A stretch of DNA of 64,000 nucleotides from an uncultured Gammaproteobacteria bacterium (lineage in GTDB: Bacteria > Pseudomonadota > Gammaproteobacteria > Thiotrichales > Thiotrichaceae), in NCBI GenBank assembly GCA_963807855.1, contig CAWEEB010000038.1, forward strand, positions 76,158-140,157, given 5' to 3'. The position numbers were made by a program, and so were the translations under genes. Positions 10,344 to 21,201 of this stretch are shown here, one piece after another; within the stretch, counting starts at the first letter, position 1; each line of letters begins with the position of its first letter. The notes beneath the pieces were generated by a model. The model had not been told where the DNA came from, ran no database searches, and saw only the letters and a list, made by a program, of their open reading frames with translations.

Positions 10344-11729
10344 CTAATCAAGCTCCGTAGATTCTTTAATCAATGCATCATAGTCTTCGCTACTCATCAA
10401 CTTGCGCTCGAGTATTAGCTCGCGGATGGTACGTTTCGAAGCTAAAGCCTCCATAGCTATTTCAGATGAAATCTCATAGCCCAATTGAGGATTTAATAGA
10501 GTTACCAAGGTAATACTCTTTTCCAGATTTTTCTGACAATGCTCTATATTCGGTGTTATGCCAGATACACATCGGTCACCCAAAATGCGCATCGCACGTT
10601 TCATAATATCGATGGATTGAAACAGGTTGGCGACCATTACAGGTTCGAAAGCGTTTAATTGTAACTGCCCTCCTTCACATGCCAACATTACTGTCAGGTC
10701 ATTTCCCATTACCTGATAGGCAACTTGATTAACCATTTCCGGAATTACTGGGTTAACCTTGCCTGGCATAATTGACGAACCAGCCTGAACTGCTGGTAAA
10801 TTAATCTCACCAATGCCAGCACGTGGTCCACAAGAAAGTAACCGCAGGTCATTACAAATCTTTGATAGTTTAGTAGCTGTGCGGCGCAGTACCCCAGACC
10901 ATGTAAGGTAAATTCCTGTATCTGAAGTCGCCTCGATAGGATTTGTAGCAGCAGTCACAGGAAAACCACTAATTTCAGCCAAATGTTTACACGCTACATT
11001 CGCAAAACCTTTTGGCGCATTAACCCCGGTGCCTATAGCCGTTCCACCGAGACCAATTTCACAGAGCAGTCCTTCCAGGTCTCGAAATCGTTGCTTCTCT
11101 TCATTAAGTGTATCTGCAAAGGCTTGAAATTCCTGCCCCAAAGTCATCGGTACTGCATCTTGTAATTGCGTACGGCCAATTTTATAGATCGTTTTGAATA
11201 ATTCTGCACGCTCTCTAAAATGTCCTATCAAGTGTTCCAATGCTTCCATCAAATCAGCATGACTCAATAACAAACCGACACGAAAAGCCGTTGGATAAAC
11301 ATCATTGGTGGATTGCGACAAGTTCACATGGTCATTTGGATGTAGATTTTTGTAACTACCCTTTTCATGACCCAAAATTTCCAGCGCACGATTCGCTATG
11401 ACTTCATTGGCGTTCATATTGGTTGAAGTACCCGCACCACCCTGGATCAAGTCGACAACAAAGTGCTCATGCAGCTCACCATTTATTATTTCATCACATG
11501 CCTGATCAATAGCGTTTGCTATCTCCTCTGTTAGAAGCCCAAACTCCAGATTAGCCGCTAAGGTAGCTTTTTTAACCATAGCCAACGCAATAATGACACG
11601 CGGAAAATGGTTGATTTGAACCCCGGTAATAGTGAAGTTTTCCAAGGCACGAGCAGTATGTACACCATAATAAGCATCTTTGGGAATATCCAAACTGCCT
11701 AGAAAATCTTTTTCTGTACGAATTGACAT
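10344..11729 (-). CDS. aspA: Aspartate ammonia-lyase
   Basis: QGGAGTSTNMNANEV, GRTQLQDAVP and GSSIMPGKVNPV motifs; ATG at 11729 (MSIRTEKDFLG) preferred. Confidence 0.92.
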   Translation of the reverse strand: MSIRTEKDFLGSLDIPKDAYYGVHTARALENFTITGVQINHFPRVIIALAMVKKATLAANLEFGLLTEEIANAIDQACDEIINGELHEHFVVDLIQGGAGTSTNMNANEVIANRALEILGHEKGSYKNLHPNDHVNLSQSTNDVYPTAFRVGLLLSHADLMEALEHLIGHFRERAELFKTIYKIGRTQLQDAVPMTLGQEFQAFADTLNEEKQRFRDLEGLLCEIGLGGTAIGTGVNAPKGFANVACKHLAEISGFPVTAATNPIEATSDTGIYLTWSGVLRRTATKLSKICNDLRLLSCGPRAGIGEINLPAVQAGSSIMPGKVNPVIPEMVNQVAYQVMGNDLTVMLACEGGQLQLNAFEPVMVANLFQSIDIMKRAMRILGDRCVSGITPNIEHCQKNLEKSITLVTLLNPQLGYEISSEIAMEALASKRTIRELILERKLMSSEDYDALIKESTELD

Positions 11730-11930
11730 AGCTATCTCACTGTTAATTATTGATAAGAATTCAGAAAAAACAGAATTAGCAGCCAAGATATAACTTAAAA
11801 AGCTGAAAGTTTCCTCTGAAATAACTAAAGAATAGTTAAACTTTTAAGATAAAACCTAAATTAAAGTTTAATCACAGTTCACATATTCGAATTTGCAGTC
11901 ATTAATCTTAGAATACTTAATTGATTGAAA

Positions 11931-11955
11931 AAAAACGCCTATAAGTACGGGGGTC
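11931..11955 (-). repeat. C6 motif copy 5 (reverse orientation, variant)
   Basis: Reverse complement reads GACCCCCGTACTTATAGGCGTTTTT, close to the copy at 32280. Confidence 0.65.
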
Positions 11956-12299
11956 ATATTATTTTAATTAGTAATATAAATAACGTCTAAACTGCTAGTC
12001 AATACATCACAGCTAACATCAAAACAGATCACCCAAATGTCATTTACATATGATTTAAATGTTATTATCATCGAATGCAAGTTTAGGTATCAATATAAAA
12101 CATCAGAACTCACGCATCTTATAACTTAAAACTTCATTCTTCGTGAAATTTACCCGAAAGCCTCAATTAATAACAAGCCCCGTTATTATTCATTGTTTTT
12201 ACTAAAATAGAATAGCCTTTGTCGATAAATCGAGGTAAAATCGACCTAATTTGACGCGTTTTGTCTACAACTCCCTCTAAAATCAAGAAAAAAGCAAAA

Positions 12300-12737
12300 A
12301 TGGCTAAAATACTACTACTGAATGGCCCCAATCTGAATTTGCTTGGGACACGAGAACCTGAAATCTATGGTTCGGACACATTAGACGATATTGCCAAGCG
12401 CCTGGAAAAGCAGGCTGCTGATAATTCACACACTCTTACTCATTTACAAAGCAACTCTGAATCAAAGCTTGTAGATACTATACATCAGGCAGTTAAAGAT
12501 AGAATCGATTTTATTTTGATAAACCCTGCTGCTTTCACCCATACCAGTGTTGCTATTCGTGATGCTTTTTTGGGCACTCAAATTCCCTTTATAGAAATAC
12601 ATATATCCAATGTACATCAACGCGAAGAATTTCGTCAGCTTTCATACTTTTCTGATATCGCTGTCGGGACTATCGTGGGCTTAGGTGCGCTTGGTTACGA
12701 GCTTGGATTACAAGCTGCAATAAACCAATTGGGTTAA
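12300..12737 (+). CDS. aroQ: Type II 3-dehydroquinate dehydratase
   Basis: [28 protein letters not shown] and EIHISN motifs. Confidence 0.96.
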   Translation: MAKILLLNGPNLNLLGTREPEIYGSDTLDDIAKRLEKQAADNSHTLTHLQSNSESKLVDTIHQAVKDRIDFILINPAAFTHTSVAIRDAFLGTQIPFIEIHISNVHQREEFRQLSYFSDIAVGTIVGLGALGYELGLQAAINQLG

Positions 12738-12800
12738 CCATAAAACCAAAACCATATTTCATTGGTTAATTTAATATAAAATTTAAACAGAGAACAAATC

Positions 12801-13241
12801 ATGGACGTTAGAAAAATCAAAAAACTGATCGAGTTAATCGAAAGCAGTGATATTACTGAATTAGAGATTGTTGAAGGTGAAGAATCTGTAAGAATTTCTC
12901 GCAATTTAACAGCGCCGGTTTATGCTGCACCTCAAGTTGCTGCTCCTATAGCAACTACTACTGATATGTCTGCTTCACCTGGTCAACCAGATACTAGCGC
13001 ACCTCAGGGTGAGACAATTGATGCTCCCATGGTTGGTACTTTTTATAGTGCAGCTTCACCATCTTCCCCACCATTTGTAACTGTAGGCTCAAAAGTGGCT
13101 ATCGGTGACACACTCTGTATCATCGAAGCAATGAAAATGCTAAACCAAATCGAGTCTGACAAGGCTGGTGTTATCAAAGAAATATTGCTTGAAAACGAGA
13201 CACCTGTTGAATTTGGACAACCACTTTACGTTATTGAATAA
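12801..13241 (+). CDS. accB: Acetyl-CoA carboxylase biotin carboxyl carrier protein
   Basis: APMVGTFY and the EAMKM biotinylation motif. Confidence 0.97.
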   Translation: MDVRKIKKLIELIESSDITELEIVEGEESVRISRNLTAPVYAAPQVAAPIATTTDMSASPGQPDTSAPQGETIDAPMVGTFYSAASPSSPPFVTVGSKVAIGDTLCIIEAMKMLNQIESDKAGVIKEILLENETPVEFGQPLYVIE

Positions 13242-13328
13242 GCTGATTATATAAAACTTTAATTTCGTATAAACAGAAAATTACAAGAACGAATCAATAG
13301 TAATCGAGTCAGATATTGAGACAATTAA

Positions 13329-14666
13329 ATGATTAAAAAATTACTCATCGCCAACCGTGGTGAAATAGCATTAAGAATTCTTCGTGCTTGTCATGAAATG
13401 GACATTAAAACAGTAGCCGTTCATTCGACAGCAGACCGTGATTTAAAACATGTTCGACTTGCAGATGAATCCGTATGTATTGGTCCTCCTTCATCAATGG
13501 AAAGTTACTTAAATATTCCTGCGATTATTAGTGCTGCTGAAGTCACTGATTCAGATGCGATCCATCCAGGTTATGGTTTTCTTTCTGAAAATGCTGACTT
13601 TGCAGAACGTGTAGAGTCAAGCGGCTTTATTTTCGTTGGCCCAAAAGCTGAAACTATCCGTGTTATGGGTGATAAAATTGCAGCAAAAGCGGCAATGATA
13701 AAAGCGGGTGTGCCCTGTGTACCAGGTTTTGATGGGCCAATCCCTGATGATCCAAAAGTTTGTTTGAAAATGGCAAACGATATCGGCTACCCTATTATCA
13801 TTAAAGCAACGGGTGGTGGCGGTGGTCGCGGTATGCGCGTGGTTTATGATGAATCTGACTTATTAGAATCTATTACACTAACCAAAACCGAAGCGGGTGC
13901 AGCCTTTAATAACGATGTTGTATTCATGGAGAAATTCCTTGAAAAGCCTCGTCATATTGAATTTCAGGTACTCGCCGATACTCACGGCAATGCTATTCAC
14001 CTCTGTGAACGTGACTGCTCAATGCAACGTCGTAATCAGAAAGTTGTTGAAGAGGCACCAGCACCTGGAATTACTCAGGAGCAACGTACAAGAATGGGCG
14101 AGTCTGTTTCTAAAGCCTGTCTTGATATTGGCTACCGAGGAGCAGGTACCTTTGAATTCTTATATGAAAATGGTGAATTCTATTTCATCGAAATGAATAC
14201 CCGTCTTCAGGTTGAACATCCGGTAACTGAATTAATTACGGGTGTTGATCTTGTTAAACAACAGTTATTGATTGCCTCAGGAGAAGTGCTAAAAATCAAA
14301 CAGGGATTGATCCCTCGCGGTCACGCGATTGAATGCAGAATCAATGCTGAAGACCCAGAAACATTTGTACCATCACCAGGAAAAATTGAGCGTTTCCATA
14401 TGCCAGGTGGTTTAGGTGTTCGTGTTGATACTCATATCTATGGAGGTTACACCGTACCGCCCTATTACGACTCCATGATTGGTAAACTTATTGTACACGC
14501 TGAAGATCGTGAAACGGCTATCAAACGTATGCGCGGCGCTCTCTCTGAAATGGTTATCGAAGGCATTAAAACCAATGTTCCTCTGCAACGTCGCATTATG
14601 GAAGATACAGCGTTTATTGCTGGCGGTGCTGGTATTGACTACCTAGAGAAAAAATTGGGTTTATAG
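13329..14666 (+). CDS. accC: Biotin carboxylase
   Basis: [25 protein letters not shown] and [14 protein letters not shown] motifs. Confidence 0.97.
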   Translation: MIKKLLIANRGEIALRILRACHEMDIKTVAVHSTADRDLKHVRLADESVCIGPPSSMESYLNIPAIISAAEVTDSDAIHPGYGFLSENADFAERVESSGFIFVGPKAETIRVMGDKIAAKAAMIKAGVPCVPGFDGPIPDDPKVCLKMANDIGYPIIIKATGGGGGRGMRVVYDESDLLESITLTKTEAGAAFNNDVVFMEKFLEKPRHIEFQVLADTHGNAIHLCERDCSMQRRNQKVVEEAPAPGITQEQRTRMGESVSKACLDIGYRGAGTFEFLYENGEFYFIEMNTRLQVEHPVTELITGVDLVKQQLLIASGEVLKIKQGLIPRGHAIECRINAEDPETFVPSPGKIERFHMPGGLGVRVDTHIYGGYTVPPYYDSMIGKLIVHAEDRETAIKRMRGALSEMVIEGIKTNVPLQRRIMEDTAFIAGGAGIDYLEKKLGL

Positions 14667-14705
14667 GATATTTAAGTATTATTTCGATGTTAAGGAAAAT
14701 AGAGC

Positions 14706-15596
14706 ATGGCTGAACAACGTTGGTTACAGCTGGTTTGTCAAACAAATCAGCAAAGCCATGCAATCATAGAAAACGCGATGGAGAGTGCAAATGCACTCTC
14801 CATTACATTTCAAGATGCACAAGATACACCGGTTTTAGAGCCTTTACCCGGTGAAACACCCATGTGGGATGAGCTCATAATCACTGCTTTATTTGATTAC
14901 GACACGGACATCTCAAAACTCACTCATGCATTAGAAACACATCGTGAAGAATGGCATATTGGTAACATCCTGGTTGAAACAATTGAAGATCAGGACTGGG
15001 AACGCGTCTGGATGAAAGACTTTCATCCAATGCAGTTTGGTAACAATCTTTGGATATACCCAAGCAAGTATGAAATACCTGAAGATGATAGTGTTAAAAT
15101 TTTACTCGATCCTGGTTTAGCATTCGGTACTGGTACCCACCCGACAACTGCCTTATGTCTAGCATGGTTAGATCAAAATCCACCCACTGATAAATTCGTC
15201 ATCGATTATGGTTGCGGTAGTGGTATTTTAGCGTTGGCAGCAGCCAAGCTTGGCTCAAAGAACATCGTCGCGACCGATATTGACCCACAGGCACTTATTG
15301 CTACCTACGACAATATGAAACGCAATAAAATCTCCAAAGATGCTATCCAGTGTTATTTACCGGATAATTTACCTAATGAGCCAGTAGACCTATTACTTGC
15401 CAATATTCTCTGTGGCCCTCTTAGTGAACTTTTTCCTTTATTCGCCTCACTTACCCGCAGCGGTGGACATCTCGTGTTATCAGGAATATTGAGTGAGCAA
15501 AAAGAGCAAATCCTAGATACATATTCGACTGAATTTACGGATTTTGAAGTTGAAATTCTGGAAGATTGGGTAAGAATCAGCGCAATAAAAATTTAA
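14706..15596 (+). CDS. prmA: Ribosomal protein L11 methyltransferase
   Basis: DPGLAFGTGTHPTT, DYGCGSGIL and ANIL motifs. Confidence 0.96.
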   Translation: MAEQRWLQLVCQTNQQSHAIIENAMESANALSITFQDAQDTPVLEPLPGETPMWDELIITALFDYDTDISKLTHALETHREEWHIGNILVETIEDQDWERVWMKDFHPMQFGNNLWIYPSKYEIPEDDSVKILLDPGLAFGTGTHPTTALCLAWLDQNPPTDKFVIDYGCGSGILALAAAKLGSKNIVATDIDPQALIATYDNMKRNKISKDAIQCYLPDNLPNEPVDLLLANILCGPLSELFPLFASLTRSGGHLVLSGILSEQKEQILDTYSTEFTDFEVEILEDWVRISAIKI

Positions 15597-15621
15597 CAGC
15601 AGAGGTTCTAAAGCCACATTC

Positions 15622-16347
15622 ATGTTTACTCAGTGCGAACATTGTAAAGCCATATTTGAAATTAATATGCGCGAAGTTACCATCGCCAATGGCATGTTGC
15701 GTTGTGGTGAATGTCATCAGGTTTTTAATGGATCCAAGACGATGTCGACTAGTATGCCGCAGCCCTACTCTGATAAAACAGTTGAGTATGTAAAAAACCA
15801 GGATTCAAAAAAGCCTGAAACAATCAGACATACTGATATCATCACTGATCACAATAAAGATAATCAAGATAATAAGAATGAAGACGCGCCACAAAAAGAA
15901 AAACCAAGAAAAATCAAAGGAATAGAAATAGATTCGGATAATGTTGGTTTAAGATTAAAAATCATCGCTCTATTACTTTTATTATCTCTACTGGCTCAGG
16001 TTTTATATCATTATAAAGATGAAATTTTAGGTAAAAACCGATACGAACCTGAAAAAATCCACATGGTTAACCACAATGTTTTTACACACCCCATAGAAAA
16101 AGGTGTTTTATTAATTTCTGCTTCAATGGAAAATGAAGCGGACTTTGATCAGAAATACCCAATTTTAGAAGTACGCCTGACCGATTCTCAGTCTAAATTA
16201 GTTGCGCTGAGAAGATTTTCTCCGAAGGAGTATTTAGATAACTACAATGACACCATGTTACTTAAAAAGAATGTCGTCACTAACCTGAAATTAAAAATCA
16301 AAGATCCGGGAAGCAGAGCAACACGCTTTCAGTTTCATTTTTTATAA
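15622..16347 (+). CDS. Zinc-ribbon plus DUF3426-type membrane protein
   Basis: N-terminal CxxC...CGEC zinc ribbon, one TM segment, typical position between prmA and dusB. Confidence 0.8.
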   Translation: MFTQCEHCKAIFEINMREVTIANGMLRCGECHQVFNGSKTMSTSMPQPYSDKTVEYVKNQDSKKPETIRHTDIITDHNKDNQDNKNEDAPQKEKPRKIKGIEIDSDNVGLRLKIIALLLLLSLLAQVLYHYKDEILGKNRYEPEKIHMVNHNVFTHPIEKGVLLISASMENEADFDQKYPILEVRLTDSQSKLVALRRFSPKEYLDNYNDTMLLKKNVVTNLKLKIKDPGSRATRFQFHFL

Positions 16348-16367
16348 TTGCACTAAGTCATGTCGCC

Positions 16368-17352
16368 ATGTCATATCAAATAGGTTCTTATAAACTTAAT
16401 AGCAGGCTTTTATTGGCTCCTATGGCCGGAATCACTGATCGCCCCTACCGAGATGTGTGCCGCCAATATGGCGCTGGCTTAACCTCATCCGAAATGATTA
16501 CCTCAGACCTTTCATTACTAAAAACAAGAAAGACCCAGCAACGCCTGCCACAACGGAATGAACCTAGTCCCAGATCAGCTCAAATAGTCGGCACTGAGCC
16601 ACAAATTATGGCCGATGCAGCTCGACTTAATGTTGATCTTGGTGCAGAAATTATCGATATCAATATGGGTTGCCCCGCAAAAAAAGTCTGCAATAAAGCC
16701 GCTGGTTCAGCACTAATGAAAGACACCATATTAGTCGCGGAGATAATAGAAAAAATCGTTGCAGCCGTGGATGTACCCGTTACCTTAAAAATACGCACTG
16801 GCTGGGAATCGACTCAGCGCAATGCATTGGAAATAGCTAAAATTGCAGAAAATGCAGGAATTGCATCTCTTGCCGTTCATGGAAGAACCAGAAATCAAGG
16901 CTACACGGGGTTTCGCTGAATACGAAACGATTCGCCAAATTAAACACGTAATTAATATCCCGGTTTTAGCAAATGGAGACATCAAAACCATTGACGATGC
17001 GCTCTTTATTTTAGACTACACAAACGTAGATGGACTCATGCTGGGAAGAATTAGTCATGGTCAACCATGGATATTTAAAGAAATTAATGATATTTTGGTC
17101 AATGCAGCACCAACTTTACCCATAAAGTTGGAGGAGAAGATTAATACCACTTTGAATCATATCGATGCCATTCATCGCTACTATGGCACTGATCAAGGAG
17201 TTCGCATTGCGCGAAAACATATCGGCTGGTATTTATCTAGTTTAGTAGGCCAACAACAGAAACTACTGAAACCTTTGACAAAAGAGATCTACCCAATCTC
17301 GTGCTCAAATAAGCAACTACAAAAGTTAGAAAGTATTCTGTTAGCACTTTAA
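16368..17352 (+). CDS. dusB: tRNA-dihydrouridine synthase B (split by a frameshift near 16910)
   Basis: LAPMAGITD, DINMGCP and VHGRT in ORF 16368-16919; ANGDI and ARKHIGWY in ORF 16843-17352; upstream of fis. Confidence 0.9.
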
Positions 17353-17457
17353 AGGCCATGGAAACAATCTAATACTTATTAGTATCGATGGATTAAACAT
17401 TAATAGAATTAGAATAAGCCGCTCTAACAAGAGCCACTAACAAGGAAAGTACAAGCA

Positions 17458-17727
17458 ATGAATCAACCCTTGAAAACACTGCCAATTATTTCTACAACAG
17501 GTAACTCATTATCAGAAACCACACGCGATACCGTAGAAAATTATTTAATGCTTTTAGGTGATCATGACGCGACATTCCTCTATCGCCAAATCATGGATGA
17601 AGTAGAAAGACCGTTATTACAAGTTCTTATGGAGCACACTAATGGCAACCAATCACGCACTGCTGCGTGCTTAGGGATTAATAGAGCAACGCTTCGCTCT
17701 AAACTGAAAAGACATTCTATTATCTAA
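17458..17727 (+). CDS. fis: Fis family DNA-binding protein
   Basis: EVERPLL...GNQSRTAACLGINRATLRSKLK HTH; downstream of dusB. Confidence 0.9.
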   Translation: MNQPLKTLPIISTTGNSLSETTRDTVENYLMLLGDHDATFLYRQIMDEVERPLLQVLMEHTNGNQSRTAACLGINRATLRSKLKRHSII

Positions 17728-17815
17728 TTCTTATCTAAGCCTTTCTAACTTAGAACCCTATGTAACTTAAGACTTATGAAATCTGATTAACTGATTTCAT
17801 ATAAACGAAAATGTA

Positions 17816-17839
17816 AAAGCCTGATAGTTATCAGGCTTT
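17816..17839. terminator. Likely bidirectional terminator hairpin
   Basis: AAAGCCTGATA-GT-TATCAGGCTTT between convergent fis and hlyIII. Confidence 0.7.
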
Positions 17840-17883
17840 GAATAAAAGTTTCAGATGTTTATAAAAAGTAACAATATTAAACA

Positions 17884-17909
17884 CACCCCCCTACTTTTAA
17901 GTGACTATT
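17884..17909 (+). repeat. C6 motif copy 6
   Basis: CACCCCCCTACTTTTAAGTGACTATT. Confidence 0.85.
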
Positions 17910-17964
17910 CATTTCGTTGTTTGAAATGACTAAAGGAATTTATGCAAAGCCAGGCGTTTTATTA

Positions 17965-18594
17965 TTAAATCACGTAGGCTGAAATTGAAACATAGTGGCT
18001 AAGACTGCCGCCAATCACAAATAAATGCCAGATCCCATGAGCGTGTTTTACGCGATCACTCAATATAAAAAATACTACGCCAACCGTATACAGTAAACCG
18101 CCCACAGCAAGCAACCATACGCCATTTAATGCGAGACTTTCTGTCAAAGGTTGAAGCGGTATAACCACCAACCAGCCCATCACCAGATAGATGATCAAGG
18201 GTAATATTCTTTTATTTTCCTTCTCAGAATTTTTGGGCCAGATATCAATCAACATGCCAATCAGTGCCAATCCCCATACCACACCAAAAATTGACCAACC
18301 CCAGCTCCCACGCAGTGTAACCAGCATGTAAGGTGTGTAAGTTCCAGCGATTAACAGGTATATAGAAAGATGATCAAGCTTTTCAAAGAAATTCTGAAAG
18401 CGACCACTATGACCATGACATAAAGTCGAACTAATATACAACAGCAGTAAAGTAGCCCCATAAATACTAACACTGACTATTTTCCAGGGATCACCAGTAT
18501 TAGACGCTAATACGATTAAATAGATAAGCCCAGGAACTGCCAGAATAGCTGCGAGCATATGCGTAATTGTGTTAAATCTCTCACCGTGTGGCAT
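17965..18594 (-). CDS. Hemolysin III / PAQR family membrane protein
   Basis: ERFNTITH, DHLSIYLLIAGTYTP and HGIWHLFVIGGS motifs; about 7 TM segments. Confidence 0.92.
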   Translation of the reverse strand: MPHGERFNTITHMLAAILAVPGLIYLIVLASNTGDPWKIVSVSIYGATLLLLYISSTLCHGHSGRFQNFFEKLDHLSIYLLIAGTYTPYMLVTLRGSWGWSIFGVVWGLALIGMLIDIWPKNSEKENKRILPLIIYLVMGWLVVIPLQPLTESLALNGVWLLAVGGLLYTVGVVFFILSDRVKHAHGIWHLFVIGGSLSHYVSISAYVI

Positions 18595-18658
18595 CTATTT
18601 TTATTTCCTTTATTCTTAAAATTGATTACTCAAGTTTTTAGAGGTAACTAATTTTGTT

Positions 18659-19429
18659 TTAAACGCTGTTTGCCTCCCCAATAACAATCGACTTAATTTG
18701 ACTCTCACACAATTCAGCAATTCTCTTTCTCTCACTGAACTCACCTGCAGTAATCAAAGGAAGGAACGTTAGTATAACATTAATACTATCTTCACCTAAA
18801 ATGCCAATCAGGTTTGTCATAAAACTCTGATTTTCCCATAATATACTCGGATGAGGATCACCTTTATCGTTTAAATACTGAACTGCTATCGGCTGAACTG
18901 CTAAATTGTGATCCATAACTGGTGCAAAAATACGCGCATGAAAACGTCGCACATCTCCTGCGATTGACGTTGTGCCTTCCGGGAACACCAAAATATTATC
19001 GCCAGCGTGTATCTTGTTCGCAATTTCCTGAGAGGCGATTTGAGCAGCATTTCTGCCGCCACGTTCGATATAAACCGTTCCACCCTTTTCACCCAACCAA
19101 CCAATAACTGGCCATTTACGCACTTCTGCTTTAGAGAGAAAACCCGATCCCATACTTCCTACTATAGGAATATCTAACCAGGACGCATGATTCGCTACCC
19201 ACAATGATGCTTGATCTTCTGGCACTTTGCCTTTAACGGTTAAATTCAAACCGACTATTTTAATTACCGTAGCAAGCCACCACTTGCGGACCTGTTTTTG
19301 TTTAAAAGTTGGAATGCCTTTTTTTGCATCAGAGTTTTTACGAGAACCAAATGCACCCATTAGAATCATGCCAATAATCGACAATATGACCAAAGCGGGG
19401 ATTTTGTAAAAAATACGAATAAATTTCAT
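18659..19429 (-). CDS. 1-acyl-sn-glycerol-3-phosphate acyltransferase family protein
   Basis: NHASWLD (HX4D) and FPEGTT motifs. Confidence 0.9.
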   Translation of the reverse strand: MKFIRIFYKIPALVILSIIGMILMGAFGSRKNSDAKKGIPTFKQKQVRKWWLATVIKIVGLNLTVKGKVPEDQASLWVANHASWLDIPIVGSMGSGFLSKAEVRKWPVIGWLGEKGGTVYIERGGRNAAQIASQEIANKIHAGDNILVFPEGTTSIAGDVRRFHARIFAPVMDHNLAVQPIAVQYLNDKGDPHPSILWENQSFMTNLIGILGEDSINVILTFLPLITAGEFSERKRIAELCESQIKSIVIGEANSV

Positions 19430-19467
19430 GCGGCGTAAAATATCAGAAAAAACATTAATTGGGGAAA

Positions 19468-20307
19468 TTAAACCTTTTGAATCGAAATAACATGATCAAA
19501 ATTATCAAGCTTTAAACCCTCACCAACCCACGCATGCCCATAGATAACTTCCCAGGTGGCGGGATATAGGTTCTCATTGGTTTTGAATTGCTCGTAGGCC
19601 GCTTCAAACGCTTTTAACTTGTGTTTACCCATCAAGCCTTTATTGCGCTCAGTATCCGTATTACTTGCCCCAATCTGCTTAATATCTCTCATCAATTGAC
19701 GTACATTTGCATACGTCATGGTAATCATTTCCATGTCAGTCACGGGATTGATGAAACCAGACTGTAATAATGCATCCCCAATTTCATGCATATCCAGAAA
19801 ATTGCTGGTGTGTGGAACATTATCGACTGTTGCCCAACTGTCGCGCATTTCTCGTAAGGTTTCAGGACCAAAAGTACTGAACAGCAAAAGGCCATTGGGT
19901 GCCAACACACTGTGAAATCCAATGAATGTTTTTTTTAAATCATTACTCCACTGCAACATTAAACTAGAGATTAATAACTCTATGCTATCTGGCTTAAGTG
20001 GCAATTGCTCTGCATCAGCACATATAGCTAACGGCTTGTGAAACCAACCACCTTGCTGCTGGCTTTTGCGCGCCATACTATGTGCTATATCTAAAGCAAT
20101 GATAGAAGACTTGGGGTAGCGTTTGAGCAAATCCCGGGTGACAAATCCGGTACCAGATCCGACATCTAACGCCGTTTTTGGTGAGTGCTTTATATAATCC
20201 AGACGCTCAGTAAGTCGCTTGGCTACTTCCTTTTGCAGCACTGCAGATGCATCGTAAGTATCTGCGGCACGCTCAAAATGCAGGCGTGTGGTTTTCTTAT
20301 CAAACAT
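19468..20307 (-). CDS. bioC: Malonyl-ACP O-methyltransferase
   Basis: FERAADTYD, LDVGSGTG, SSLMLQW and FSTFGPETL motifs; next to bioH. Confidence 0.92.
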   Translation of the reverse strand: MFDKKTTRLHFERAADTYDASAVLQKEVAKRLTERLDYIKHSPKTALDVGSGTGFVTRDLLKRYPKSSIIALDIAHSMARKSQQQGGWFHKPLAICADAEQLPLKPDSIELLISSLMLQWSNDLKKTFIGFHSVLAPNGLLLFSTFGPETLREMRDSWATVDNVPHTSNFLDMHEIGDALLQSGFINPVTDMEMITMTYANVRQLMRDIKQIGASNTDTERNKGLMGKHKLKAFEAAYEQFKTNENLYPATWEVIYGHAWVGEGLKLDNFDHVISIQKV

Positions 20308-20349
20308 GATTAAAAGTCATCTTCCATATCATATTGTAAAACCATGTCA

Positions 20350-21171
20350 TTAAGCAGCAGCATCGATAAAACGTGATACTGCACTGATGAATTCATCGGG
20401 GTGTGTCATAAAAGGGGCGTGTCCGGCATTCTTAAGGAGCGTGATTTGAGCATCAGAACGCAAAGATTTCAAATCATTTATCACCTCTTTCGGTATTAGT
20501 CGGTCTTTCTCTGCAAATAACCAGTGTTGCGGGTGTTTACTCTGATTATTTCTAAAATCGCTTTCCGCGAGTAACTTTAACCCTAATGCTAATGAATCTG
20601 ATGTCACCCCCCTACTTTGAGGCACTTTTCCTGACGGGCATATATCTTGAATAAGCTCTCTCTGAATCTCTTTTGAATCTGCAACTCCCATAAACTGCAA
20701 TGCAATAAAACGCTTTAACGTTCCTTCTGTATCCTTGTTTAAATTCGTAGAAAAGTTTTTCAGCACTTTTAGGCTCATCGCATTTGGCCATAAGCTATCT
20801 GTACTGTCATCTTGAGAGAAACGTAAGGTACTAGTCACCAAGGTTAAGCTGAGTATTTTTTCGGGCCTTATATCGGCTAACGCCTGAGCAATTAATCCGC
20901 CCAAAGACCAGCCAATAACATGCAATTTACCGACACCCAGTTGATCAATCAAATCAGAAAATTGATCCACAATCTGTTGCATCGATTGTGCTTCGACCTG
21001 GTTATTAAAACCGTGACCAGGCAGATCCACCAGATGTATTTGATAACATGACTCCAAAGGCTTTAACACTGGTTTCCAGGCATTAGAATTCATACCCCAA
21101 CCATGCAACAGCAAAAGCGGCTCACCAAAACCCGATGTTTTTACTAAAAGTTTTTTCAATTTTTGATACAC
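20350..21171 (-). CDS. bioH: Pimeloyl-ACP methyl ester carboxylesterase
   Basis: LLHGWGMN, DLPGHG, GWSLGG, RFIALQ and GHAPF motifs; start codon uncertain. Confidence 0.9.
   Translation of the reverse strand: MYQKLKKLLVKTSGFGEPLLLLHGWGMNSNAWKPVLKPLESCYQIHLVDLPGHGFNNQVEAQSMQQIVDQFSDLIDQLGVGKLHVIGWSLGGLIAQALADIRPEKILSLTLVTSTLRFSQDDSTDSLWPNAMSLKVLKNFSTNLNKDTEGTLKRFIALQFMGVADSKEIQRELIQDICPSGKVPQSRGVTSDSLALGLKLLAESDFRNNQSKHPQHWLFAEKDRLIPKEVINDLKSLRSDAQITLLKNAGHAPFMTHPDEFISAVSRFIDAAA
20605..20629 (+). repeat. C6 motif copy 7, inside the bioH CDS
   Basis: CACCCCCCTACTTTGAGGCACTTTT; encodes KVPQSRGV on the minus strand. Confidence 0.85.
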
Positions 21172-21201
21172 TGCTCAAACACTCATTCTGTTGGTCATAT
21201 C

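Noticed and set aside
16900-16920. Programmed frameshift in dusB (and similarly dsrM near 53255)
   Set aside because: No canonical slippery heptamer or stimulatory structure seen; many other indels in the window point to assembly error.
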